Shown: positions 14,301 to 24,893 of the stretch, piece after piece
Layout of the letters: every line of letters begins with the position of its first letter
Position numbering within the stretch: the first letter of the stretch is position 1
Assembly (NCBI GenBank): GCA_964247055.1
Contig: OZ176057.1
Coordinates: 3,286,001 to 3,350,000, forward strand
From: Paragordius varius
Taxonomy: Eukaryota > Animalia > Nematomorpha
Direction of reading: 5' to 3'
DNA: 64,000 nucleotides
The notes under the pieces: generated by a model
Databases searched by the model: none
Told to the model about the DNA's origin: nothing
The model's input: the letters and a program-made list of their open reading frames with translations, nothing else
Translations under genes and position numbers: made by a program

Positions 14301-15970
14301 GTATCTCCTTAGCCAGCAGCCAATATAAAAAAAAACGCACGACTAAAATGTTTGCCTTTTAACAGGGAGTACCTGGAATATTCATTTAATTTTTACCTCC
14401 TCATACCTTGGGCGAAAAATAGATTCAAAAAATTATTTTTGTGGACTTTGTTTTTTCGAAAAAAATGGCATTTTACGGGGGGAGCGGGTAAAAAGAGGGC
14501 CTAATTAAAAAAGCGAGCTTATGTTCGGCGCAATCGAAAAAAAAATAAAAAAATCATATTTGAAATCGAATGGTCCAACATGTTTTCCGGAAAATTGTCT
14601 CAAACACGATTTTTGTGGACTTTTTTTACAGAGGGTTGGCCCGAACTGGAAGCCTAATTCAAAAAAAGGGCAAAGCTATTGTCGGGGCATTCATTAATGA
14701 TTATATTTTTTCGACATTTGGATGAATGGGTATACCGTTTTTTCGGAAACAGATCACAAAGCCAGCATTTTTATTTTTATAAATATATAGATACCATATA
14801 CAGTTCAAATTCAACCTTTAACAATTATTCACCCTTCAACAATTCTAATTTACCTAAAAATAAATTATGTGTTTTAGAACTAATATAACTCATTATTATT
14901 ATAAAATATATCTTTATGACATAGTTATTTTTTCAGCATTATTTTAATTTTTAACAAATTTAAAAAATTTCAAAACATATAGGTATAAAAAACCTAAAAT
15001 TTATTTTAGGGGCAACATGAATTGTTTAAGGGTGAATTTGAATTGTAAATGGTATACTTGTTTAATCATTTAACAAATTCAGGAAAGATTGTCGAAAGCT
15101 TGAAAAAAATATTTTTAATTTATGTGCGCTTAAATGTCACTAAATCTTTATTTTTATAAACTTACAAATAAATTCCTGGTAATAAGAGAGTTATATATTT
15201 TGAAGCGCTATCAGGGATATTTTTTAAATTTATATGCTATATATTACTGTAATAGACAAAAACATATAATTTCACTGTCGGATTCATCTGATGATAATAA
15301 TACCTCCTCCTTGGAAAATTTATCTTCGACTGGCCACGTGTCTCGACCTCGAGATCCTAATTCTAGTCAAACCGGTATGATATACTCTCATATAAAAAAT
15401 ATATTTTTATTATATAACATATTTTGGTATCTAAATTGGTAAGACTCTCAAGTGTAAATTTCAGAATCTAAAATTATCTAGGTTTCATAAATATACCTTT
15501 TAATTTTTACATTTGTTTTTTACAATTTAAAGTTTTTTACACAATCTTAAATCATTATAAAAGACACTGTGTACCAAACTAAAGGTTTTGCCAGGCTAAA
15601 AGCATAGAAAATAAAAAATATGGATAATGTATCTTGCTATAAACAAATTATCTACTTAATACATTTTAAAAAAAATTATTATTTTTGTGTGTAAAACCCC
15701 ATTTTGAAAAATTTACGCTGTATGAATATAAAAGAACCCCTAGTGTTTCCTAAATTTAAAGTTTATTGGAATATGTCCAATCAAAAATTGATAAATATAT
15801 ATATTTATTATTTTAAATAACATATGCAAAATGAAAATGCGAGTTTTAATAAATTTATTATTTATCAATCTAAAGACGGGGCCGGATGGACATGCATTCA
15901 TTGCACATTTGTTAATGGAGCTAATCAGTCGAGGGACAGCTGTGAAGTGTGTGGTCTACCTAATCATTAG
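427..15970 (+). CDS. NPLOC4: Nuclear protein localization protein 4 homolog (p97/VCP-UFD1 cofactor), 5'-partial, multi-exon
   Basis: Hand-spliced GT-AG exons with consistent phases: 427-515, 820-952, 2385-2751, (3256-3333 probable), 3793-3939, 4991-5043, 5273-5399, 6417-6577, 7159-7368, 7922-8068, 8353-8464, 10393-10726, 15256-15374, 15876-15970 (TAG). Motifs match NPL4 as recalled: PYDEGYL..YLSFHSWLRK, NHAPYPQGICSNCQPSAITL, YRHIDSIMFEN..FLDFWRKTG, IGWIFTDL, DTYFLSGTEC..GSKFVTVVVSG, EGYQISEQGCALVKD, FPIENR, and a C-terminal NZF finger WTCIHCTFVN..SCEVCGLP. Confidence 0.95.
1005..1790 (+). repeat. Degenerate C-poor minisatellite in an NPL4 intron
   Basis: Recurrent GGAAAA(T/C)GTTT(G)GATT(G)GAT-like units with strong strand asymmetry; continues at ~2050-2330. 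Confidence 0.6.
4428..4838. mobile_element. MITE family A (TATACCATTT termini, 21-bp AATTCAAATTCACCCTTGAAC subterminal arrays); representative copy
   Basis: Long inverted arms with variable numbers of the 21-bp unit. Further copies at ~107-372, ~8625-8906, ~14792-15056, ~20243-20521, ~20951-21264 and ~35322-35699. Confidence 0.85.
11273..11584. mobile_element. hAT-type MITE
   Basis: TIRs CAGGGGTGTTTAAC / GTTAAATACCCCCTG; 8-bp flanks TTTTAGAT / TTTACGAT (6/8). Confidence 0.6.
12202..12489. mobile_element. Tc1/mariner-type MITE (TA|CAGTAAAAATT)
   Basis: Inverted arms 12202-12290 versus 12410-12489 with TA flanks; a degenerate relative lies at ~9030-9320. Confidence 0.7.
12907..14791 (-). mobile_element. 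Non-autonomous Helitron in an NPL4 intron
   Basis: Minus strand begins A|TCTATATATTTATAAAAAT and ends with a short hairpin (GTAACAAGTTGC) then CTAG|T, with no TSD and an A/T insertion site. Internal diverged ~310-350-bp tandem units. The 5' part recurs at 37833 and ~34700. Confidence 0.75.
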
Positions 15971-16140
15971 AGAAACGCACATATTAGTTTAAATAAAAAA
16001 AATATTGATTGGCTATTAAAAATTTGTTTCTTATACATACATCATACATAATAAATTGTCCTTAATTTATCTTTACTTATTATATATTACATGGATTTTA
16101 GAACATTCTTCCTTTAATTTAGCGATTAGGTGTGTATCCA

Positions 16141-19100
16141 TCATTTCCGTTGCTTTGTCATGTCTTTCCCAATATTTGCTTTAATTTTCAATGTGGATCT
16201 ACGTGTAGGCCCTACCGTTCTTGCGTTTGCAGAATCATTCGTGTTAACAGTTGTTTGTTGTGAAACGGTACAAGTTTCAGCCTTATTTATTGTCATATTA
16301 GTATTGCTTTGGATGATATAATCTGAATAATTTGCTCCGTTGATTGATGTTTTATCCACATTTGCGTGTAATAATTTATTTAACATGGTAAGGTCAGGTT
16401 TTTGATCGTTGGGAAAAGCGACGGATAATAAGCCTTGGTTGTTGGTCGTATTATCATTATCAGATGTATTTGTATTGTTGCTAAGATTTAAGGTAGGTAA
16501 ATTATCTTTCCCTTTATTATTGTCCACCATAACTACAACATGGTCGTCAATGTCAAATTCTGTTTTAACCACGGGTACTAATGGTATTACATTAAGAGAT
16601 GACCCATTATTTATGTTGGCAGTGATGGATTTTAATCGTTTTCTCCGCGGAGACGTTGGTGATAAGGTATGGGGTGATTTGATTTTTGGATTAGTGTTAT
16701 GATTTAAATTACTAGTATCAGATGTATAATCTTTTTTTGTTCGTGTTGAGATAATGAATTGCATTAATACATTATACTCTTCAATCTGCTTCTCCAAAGA
16801 ATATTTATGACTAATATTATTGTTAGTAGCAGGGTTGTTAGCAGACGCCAAAAATTTTTGGACACCCTTGACCCAAGTTTGTTTATTAATTTTATTGTCA
16901 TCAGTATTTTTATTATCATTACCATAATAATTGTTGATTGTGATATCAAACTTTTTGAAATTTTTATGATTTTTAACCACATCAAGCAAATGTTTTAACG
17001 TTATCATTCTAAACGATAGATTATTTTTATCAATAATCTCATTACTTTCATAATCAAAGGTATTATTATTATTATTATTATTGGGATGTGAAAGATTTGT
17101 AGTTGTCTCATTATCTAATCCATACTTTAAACACCATCCCTGTATGGTTGGGGTAAGTTTTCTGTTTGAATAAATAAGATTTATTTAAATGTATAGAGAC
17201 AATAAATGATATTAACTATTACATACTTAAGTTCAGCAATTCCTTCAAATATTTTTGTCAAATCCGTAGTAGGTAATTCAGGAAAATATTGTTTAACATC
17301 CATTCTTGTCAGGTAAAATGGTAAAGATCTATATATTAATATAGTAAAGGCTTGTAATTATAATATATAATTATAAAAAGTTTGAAACATTTTAAATTTC
17401 TTGTTAAATTACAATTTATACTTTGAATTCAGAGATTTCGTGGTACCAACCAAAGATGTAGGGTGGTTAATATTATCAAAATGCATATTATGATAAGTTT
17501 CACCAACATCAAAACAGTACAGAATAAAATCTCTGGCTTGTAAACACAAATGTTCAATCAACAGTTTTTGTGTTTCAAGTCTTGAAATACGATTGTTATT
17601 TGAGTTGGTATTATTATTATGGTTACTATTAAGATTATTTCTGTTACGTAAATTGCATAGTTTAGGTAAGGCAGTTGTATTGATATTGGCTAAATTTCCA
17701 TCTATTTTATTATTGGTAGTAATTATATTAGATTGTGTTGCATCCTTTACACTTGAATCAAGTTTAATTTCGTCTTTATTATTTGCAACCGGTGAATTAT
17801 ATAGATATTGACTATAATAAAGAATATATATGGCATTAAGCAGGTAATGTGAATCAAAATTTAAAAAAGCTGCAATTTTAAAAATCTCATTTTCCAAAAA
17901 AAATAATACCAATTTTAAATTAAATATAAAATATAGTATATATTACGATTCAGCAGTTAGTTTCCAAATATTTTGAATTTAACAACAGGCTTATAAAAAT
18001 GATGACCAGAAATATGGTTGCTGGAAAAGATAACATTCTTTAAAAATGCAGCTACTTTTTAATCATTATTAAAATTTTATATTTTTATAAATCCCTCAAA
18101 TTAACTATAATAAATATATATTAAATTTTACAAAAAAAATAAGGTAATAAAAAACATTTAGTAAATGTCCTTTTTACCAAATAAATATATGATTTACCTT
18201 TTTATAACCCAATTCCCGGCACAAACCGTAGCGATAGTGTCAAGATATTCAATAATCGCTCTTTTAAGCTTTAATTTTTCGCGAATACTCAAATTAATAT
18301 TATTATTCCCAGTTTCATTATTGGTTTTATTTGTATCAGCACACAAATATCGGCTTAAAAAATGATCCCATATAATGGAAAATGGCAATATTTGTGCTAA
18401 AATCAAATAAAAAAAAATTATTTCATTTCACGTTTAAAGTAAGATAAATAATAAAATTGTATAGTATGGGATTTAATACCATTTACTATTTTATAAAAAA
18501 TTTATACGTAAAGTATGATATACGAACAACATAAATTTTTGGAAAATATTAATCAGCAAATTTTTATGGTTTCATACTGTAAATACTAAAAAAATCGATT
18601 AATTTTGTTTTTAACAGTAATCAACGCATTTATAATCAGAACTGATATCAATATAAAGCAAGTTAAAACATCAACCCAGCCAAAATGAACCAACACGGGA
18701 GAATAATGTGAAAATATCGTTAAACAAAGCGGAAAAATGCCATAAGGATAAAATATAAATACAATTAAGTTGTTATTCAGTCATAAAGTCAACAATGGTA
18801 AAATTAATTATTTACATTTTCTAACCATAATTTAATTTATTTGACTCTTACATTAGCGATTTAAAAAAAAATTAAAAAAAATTAGCGGCAAATTTAAGAT
18901 GAAGATATTTATATACTCATTTTTAACAAAAATTTTATAATATAATACGCCTGTGGGCTAAAGAAAGCATATTTTTAAACTCGGATGGATTACTTTTTAA
19001 GATATTTAAATTTTATTGCAGAAATATAAAACTACCCCAAAAGATAATGGTGTGTCAAAAACTGTGATTGAAATTTCATTGCTAGTTTAATTATCCACAG

Positions 19101-22100
19101 AGTGTTTACAGTAGAAAGTAATATGATTATAGAAATTGGTGCATATAAAAAAATCCTTTTTTTTAGCCAATAAAATTATCCAATGTTGTGCGGCAATAAT
19201 TGAAAAAAAAACAATAAAGTAGAGGACAAACTGTAAACCTATATATAATTTTACCAATCAATTTTTTGATCGCTTTTTAAAAATTTTTTCACACATACAT
19301 AAAATAATGATGTAAATACTGATCAAATAACAAAAAAATAGAAAAACAAGTATTACCTCGTTGTAAAAGCTCAAAAATCATGGTAAAACAAAACGGTTGA
19401 TCCACCACCGATTTTTGTGAGCGTGCCAATATTTGGTGTGCATTATTATTAATGTAATTATGTTGTTTGGGTTTAAGGCATGAACTTAATGATGTTGATT
19501 TATTCAAAAGTCGGGATAAAAGTTGAGCTATTTCACTATTGTTGGGGTTATTGGTTTTAATTTTTTCTAAACTGCTGTCAACTTTTTCGGGAAAAGGGAC
19601 AGTCACCATTAAAGGTTTTAGCAAAGTGTTCATGTACAAAATGGGCTTAGATTTTATTTCTGAACCATTATCTAACATGGTTGATTCAGATTTGGAATTG
19701 CTGGAATGATTTCTTAATTTATCATTGCCTTCATGAGGTAATGTTTGGTATTGACAGGGTAATATGGATTGTGAATAACTTGTGGTAACCAAATTTTCAA
19801 TGTACTTCATTTTCATAAAATACAATTTTGAGTAAAAAAAACGAGCTTTAAAATATTAAATCATTAATATATTATGCTTGCAATTATATGGGGTAAAATG
19901 TAATAAAAATGTTAAAAATTAACGTGTAAACACCCCCGGAATATGATTAAAGGAAACTGTATGTGACAAAGTAAACATTGAAAAAAAATGTATGTAAATA
20001 TTGATTTACCCTACGATACTATTTTAAGGTAAAAACGCAAACGCACATGTTAATATAAATTGAAACATTTATAAAGGGATAAAAATTAACCCCCCCCCCC
20101 ACTCCTGATATGAAAAATGCATGGCTCAATATTCGCATCATGACCGTTTTATTACTAAAAAAAGGATTCGTATTTAATAAACATTTTAACATTAACTAAT
20201 AATTATATTTTCTTCATTGATATTAAAGAGTATACAAAGAGATACCATTAACAGCTCAATTTCACCCTTGAACAATTTAAATTCACCTTCGAGCAATTCA
20301 TATTTAGCCAAAATAAATTATGTGTTTTTGTTGAAAATTACCTATATTTCTAATATTTTTAAGAAATGAAATTTATTTAAAGTTAACATTATATTGAAAA
20401 TATTATAGGCTATATGCTATAAAGAAATAATTCATATTAATAATGAGTTATATTAGCCCGAAAACACATAATTTATTTTAGGGTGAATTGTTTAAGAGAA
20501 AATTGAGGTGTAAATGGTATATAATTCAATCAATAAAATTAATGCAAATTTGATTTAAAATTACAATTTTTCGCTCTAAAAAATGGACAACAATCAGCAT
20601 ATGTAAGTTAATATATTTGCAATTATTTTTAAATTATGATTGTAGAGTCTAGAAAATAAACAAAAATTAGCATAGGAAGGTTAACAATAATTTATATTGG
20701 CAAACTTTAAAATATCAATTATAACAAAGAATGAAATTGTATAAAAATATTTTATCACTCGATTATCTCGGCCCAGGTAAGTCAAATCTATCCAGGTATG
20801 CTTATCATTAGCATTATTATTGTTAGTATATCCTGCCTCTATCATATCCAGCGATTTAAAATGCATTTTATCCAAAGGTATCAGGCTAAAATATATAGAT
20901 TATGCTAATATATCAATGTTTGGGACTAAACTAAATCAAATTTATTCATATATACCATTTGAAGTTCAGATTTACCATCCAACAATTCAAATTCACCCTA
21001 AAAATATTTTATGTGTTTTCAAACTATCTTTGTTAATATAAAATATATCTTTATGACATAGTTTATTATTTTTCAGTATTATTATTTTAAAAATTTATTT
21101 TTAAAAATATAAAAAATATTAGTAATTTTTAATCTTTAAAAACATATGAATTATTTTAGGGTAATTTTATATTGTTCAAGGGTGAATTTGAATTGTTCAA
21201 GGGTAAATTTGAATTGTTCAAGGGTGAATTTGAATGGTTTAAGGGTAAATTTGTTAAATGGTATATATTTGGGCGTTACAATACTTCGGCTTATAATAAA
21301 TATTTGAACAATTATGGTTAAAACATTAGAAAAAACACATATTTTTTTAAAACCTAGAAAGAAAATTATATATAATAAATATGCGAAAACAACTCTCATT
21401 TTTAATCACTTTTAAATTGTCATATTAAAAGGTTTTTAGGCATTTTACGAAATTTAGTGGTTATTATGTTTTGTGATGATTCTTATATATTGTTTTATCA
21501 AAATACTTAAATACAGGGTGAGATATCAAATGTAAACGTTAAACCTCGTTAAATTTCCCACAAAAACAATTTATAACGTCACCGAAAAACGATGGATACA
21601 AATAGTTTTAGGGTACCGTTAATAAAAGTATTTTGGAAAAAAAATTTTAACATGAATAATTTGTGTTTTCTTTAAACATTTCCACAAGAAATATAAATAA
21701 AATTTTATCTTGTGAAGGTGTTATTCTTATGATCTAGCTTGTTAAATTCTTTAAAGAATTGTTACGTCACCGAAAAACGATAAAATAGGGGTGCCGTTAA
21801 TAAATTTTTAACATGAAGGTATTATTTTTATGATCTAGTCGTGAAAAATTCTCCAAAAAAAGTTTCTAACGTCACCGAAAAACGATGAATACAAATCATT
21901 TTAGGGTGCCGTTAATAAAAATTTTTTTGGAAATTTTGTAATCACAAATATGCTGATCATGAATGGCTATTGTGCAATTACTTTGTGTTTGTTAAGGAAT
22001 TATGTTGACCTAAATCATTTGTTTGAACATTTTCCCCGGAAGATTTGCTATCAGTCGCAGAGTTTTGCTTCTGTTGTGATAGTTCCCACGTTTTGATATT

Positions 22101-24257
22101 TTGTGTAGCAAATTTAACATTAATCACTTCAGTTTTTATTGTTTCATTATATTCGGAGTCAGGATTAAGATCCATTTCTTCGTCAGGATTCGCGTCGAAA
22201 ATGTCACGATCTGTAAATTAATAAAAAAAATATATGGTTTTTACCATTATACTAATCCATTTCATAATATAAGAAACAAACTCATCATAATTCGTTATAC
22301 ATTTACAACAGAGTTAAAAAAAGCTATTAAAATTTTCGATTACATTTTATTGACATTTAGAGTATTTTAGAATCATGGATTCAAAATATTCTAAAAATAA
22401 CCATTATATTGGGTTAATAATATAGCTTTTATCATTAAAAATTAACAATAATTTTTGATGCCAAATATTTTTTTATTATCAATATATAGTCATGTATCCT
22501 TTATTTTATCAAAAATTTATTTCGTTGAATGGGTATAAATATTTTGTTAAAGAGTGGAAAAAACAAGAGCTCTATGACAATGACAATATCATATTCATCA
22601 ATGAAGTAAAAGAAGTGTGGGAGAAAGGCGTCGAAAATCATATGTGGTAAAGTGTGATTTATAATGAGAATACATTAAGAATTTTATCTTTAAATTAATG
22701 TTAAAGGAGTACGGAATTATACATATAAGATTTTCGACGCCTTTCTCCCAAACTTTTTTTATTTTTTTAATAAATATTTAATACCATAAAACTCTTGATT
22801 TTCCATTCTCAAAAATTTTTAATTTAAGAAAAAAATTAAATATATAAAGGATACATGACTTTAATAAAAAATACATTAAATTAAAAATTAGTTTTATAGT
22901 GTACATTAAAGTAATTGATCGATTCAGAAATAACAGTTTAACATTGGTTTTCTTTATTAAAAATACGAACTAAGATTTGTTTTGTAAAATTTTTATATAT
23001 GCATACATGTATTGGTTCGATAATTTTGAAATAACAAAATTAACTTTTAATATAATATTTTAATAAAATATTCCCTCTTTGACCAAAATATATTATATAT
23101 TTGAAAAAAATGTTTAAATATAATTAAATATATAACTATAGTTAAAAAAGTCGTGGGCAATTAATTATGTGCAAAAACTAACAAGGTATATTTGAGTTTT
23201 TTGACATTAACCATATCAAATCAAAAAACAAATTCCTCCCATTATGGCGGTAATAAATAAATTTAGTGATCTCAAATTTAATTTGATAATTTAGATATGA
23301 GTAAGTTTGATATCAAAATAAGATAATGAGCTCAAAAAATTCGGTAGACATCACTGCAAACGACAAATATTAAACAAAAGGGCGTTGATCAGGAACTGAA
23401 AATATGAAAAACCTTTGATATATCAATATTAATTCATTTTATTTAATGGGCCTTTTCATATTGATAAAAAAGTAGCGCAAAATGTTGAGAGGCCCAAGTT
23501 GTTACAAATATCTTTTAATATAAAGGCAATATCTTTTAATGTTAAAATTATATTCGCGACAGTTTATAATAGTTACTTGTCAAATAATTTATTAGCAAAA
23601 GCAAACTGTAAAGAGTTTAATGTCACTATGCAAGTAATACCTTTGTTTTTGGAAACGGCAAAAGAGGACGATTTATCCAAATAATTTAGGGTAGGTTTGA
23701 GTTCCAAAATGTGACTGATAGGTAATAAATAGAGAACACCTATAATTCATATATGAATAAAAAATGTAATTTATCATTATTAAACCATTAAACGTATGAA
23801 ACTAAAAAAATTTACCAAGCTTAAAAACACCAATAAACTCTTCATTCCCATTAACTGAACTTGCGGAATGAGTAGTAAATACTTTTCTACAATTTTTAAA
23901 TTTATTTGATACTTTTCCAAATATTTGGAGGTATGAGATAAATCTTTGGCCATAGCATTTTTGGAAAAGGCTTCTCCCTTCATTTTATCATAGTTATTGT
24001 TATGCATATCATATAGCATACTTAATTCAATCTTAAGTATATTAAAAGGGGTAAATACTTGGTCCTTTTTGCGCGAAATTTTGGCTGTATCAATATTTTC
24101 GGACCCAAAATCAAAATTAAGCGGTTTACTTCCAAACTAAAAAATTAAAAAAATTAACTTGAAGCAAATATAGAGAAAATTGAGGATCGGAAACCACCAA
24201 AACATCAATCTAAAATTAATCAAACTTTACTTCAGATATCACATTGGATATTGTCAT
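16141..24257 (-). CDS. POLR3E: DNA-directed RNA polymerase III subunit RPC5 (Sin-like)
   Basis: Exons (minus strand): 24257-24231, 24209-24159, 24136-24059, 24031-23913, 23886-23816, 23739-23641, 22210-21982, 20885-~20759, ~19845-19357, 18396-18198, 17811-17422, 17328-17227, 17161-16141 (TGA). The spliced product MTISNVISE/IDVLVVSDPQFSLYLLQ/FGSKPLNFDFGSENIDTAKISRKKDQ/IELSMLYDMHNNNYDKMKGE..GVLYLLPISHILELKPTLNYLDK..INVKFA..HTWIDLTYLG..AQILPF..AGNWVIKSQYLY..QARDFILYCF..QGWCLKY matches recalled RPC5 motifs (EIDVYL, NPNY..KGE, GELHLTP..ILQLRPSFSYLDK, GNWVVKS, GRDFV). The exon 8/9 junction is uncertain. Confidence 0.9.
21514..21930 (+). repeat. Mariner-like end (TA|CAGGGTG) followed by three diverged internal repeats
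   Basis: ACGTCACCGAAAAACGAT..GGGTGCCGTTAATAAA at ~21576, ~21765 and ~21868. Confidence 0.6.
22489..22859. repeat. Palindromic (foldback) MITE-like repeat
   Basis: GTCATGTATCCTTT / AAAGGATACATGAC and GGGAGAAAGGCGTCGAAAATC / GATTTTCGACGCCTTTCTCCC inverted pairs; one arm recurs at ~37070-37170. Confidence 0.7.
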
Positions 24258-24317
24258 GGTACCGAACTATAAGGTGTGATAGTTCCACCGTATTTTTTGA
24301 AAAAATCTGTAAATTAA

Positions 24318-24893
24318 CACTTCGATTCAAATTGGGGTATATAAAAACCCAAATTAAATATAAATTAATATTTTTAAAAATTACTGAAGGAAATGCCCCA
24401 ATTTAAATTTATGCTTCTATCCTGATAAAAATTATAAAAATATGCCAAAATAACTTGATAAAATTTTGTTTTGAAAAAAAAGTTCAATCTCAAACTACTT
24501 CGACGCCATTTTTATTTTACAAAATTTTTGCAAAATATAGTCTTTATTTAATTTAAGGGTAAAACTAAAGCTAATTTTTTTATATTATTTACATCTAACA
24601 TTGATAGAAGTAGAAAAAGAGGTTTATTTCGTATTATTTTTAAATTTTACCATTTGACACATGTCACGTTGTCGAAATTTTTAGCTTTTGGTTTTAGCTT
24701 AATATAAGTAATATCAAGTATTTTTGAATAATTTTTTTTTATATATTTCGGTTTATTAATGTTATATAAGTGCAAAATTTTGCCATGGTTTCAAATATTT
24801 CCATTTTAAAATATTTGATTTTAAACAGGCCTGGGGTATCCAACTACCCCAATTTGAATCGAAAGACTAAAATAAGTGTGTTGTATCCAAGTG
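24318..24893. mobile_element. TTAA-flanked (piggyBac-like) non-autonomous element just upstream of POLR3E
   Basis: TTAA|CACTT ... AAGTG|TTAA, plus the subterminal inverted segment TTCGATTCAAATTGGGGTA at ~24321 and (reverse complement) ~24845-24863. Confidence 0.55.

Noticed and set aside
16130-17811. Plus-strand ORFs in the track antisense to POLR3E (similarly those antisense to Axin and gag-pol)
   Set aside because: They are shadow ORFs of real coding strands with Asn/Thr-rich codons and have no independent motifs.
17948-18051. Apparent POLR3E exon with good AG/GT ends but two in-frame TAA codons (considered stop-codon reassignment)
   Set aside because: Skipping it gives the conserved GNWVIKSQYLY junction; TAA is used as a normal stop in Axin, so there is no support for an alternative code.
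24650-24780. Minus-strand segment encoding ..IKLKPKAKNFDN.. resembling the RPC5 KIKPK motif
   Set aside because: It lies inside the TTAA-flanked element and has no ATG or acceptor in frame; the exons at 24257-24059 give a much better gap-free match.
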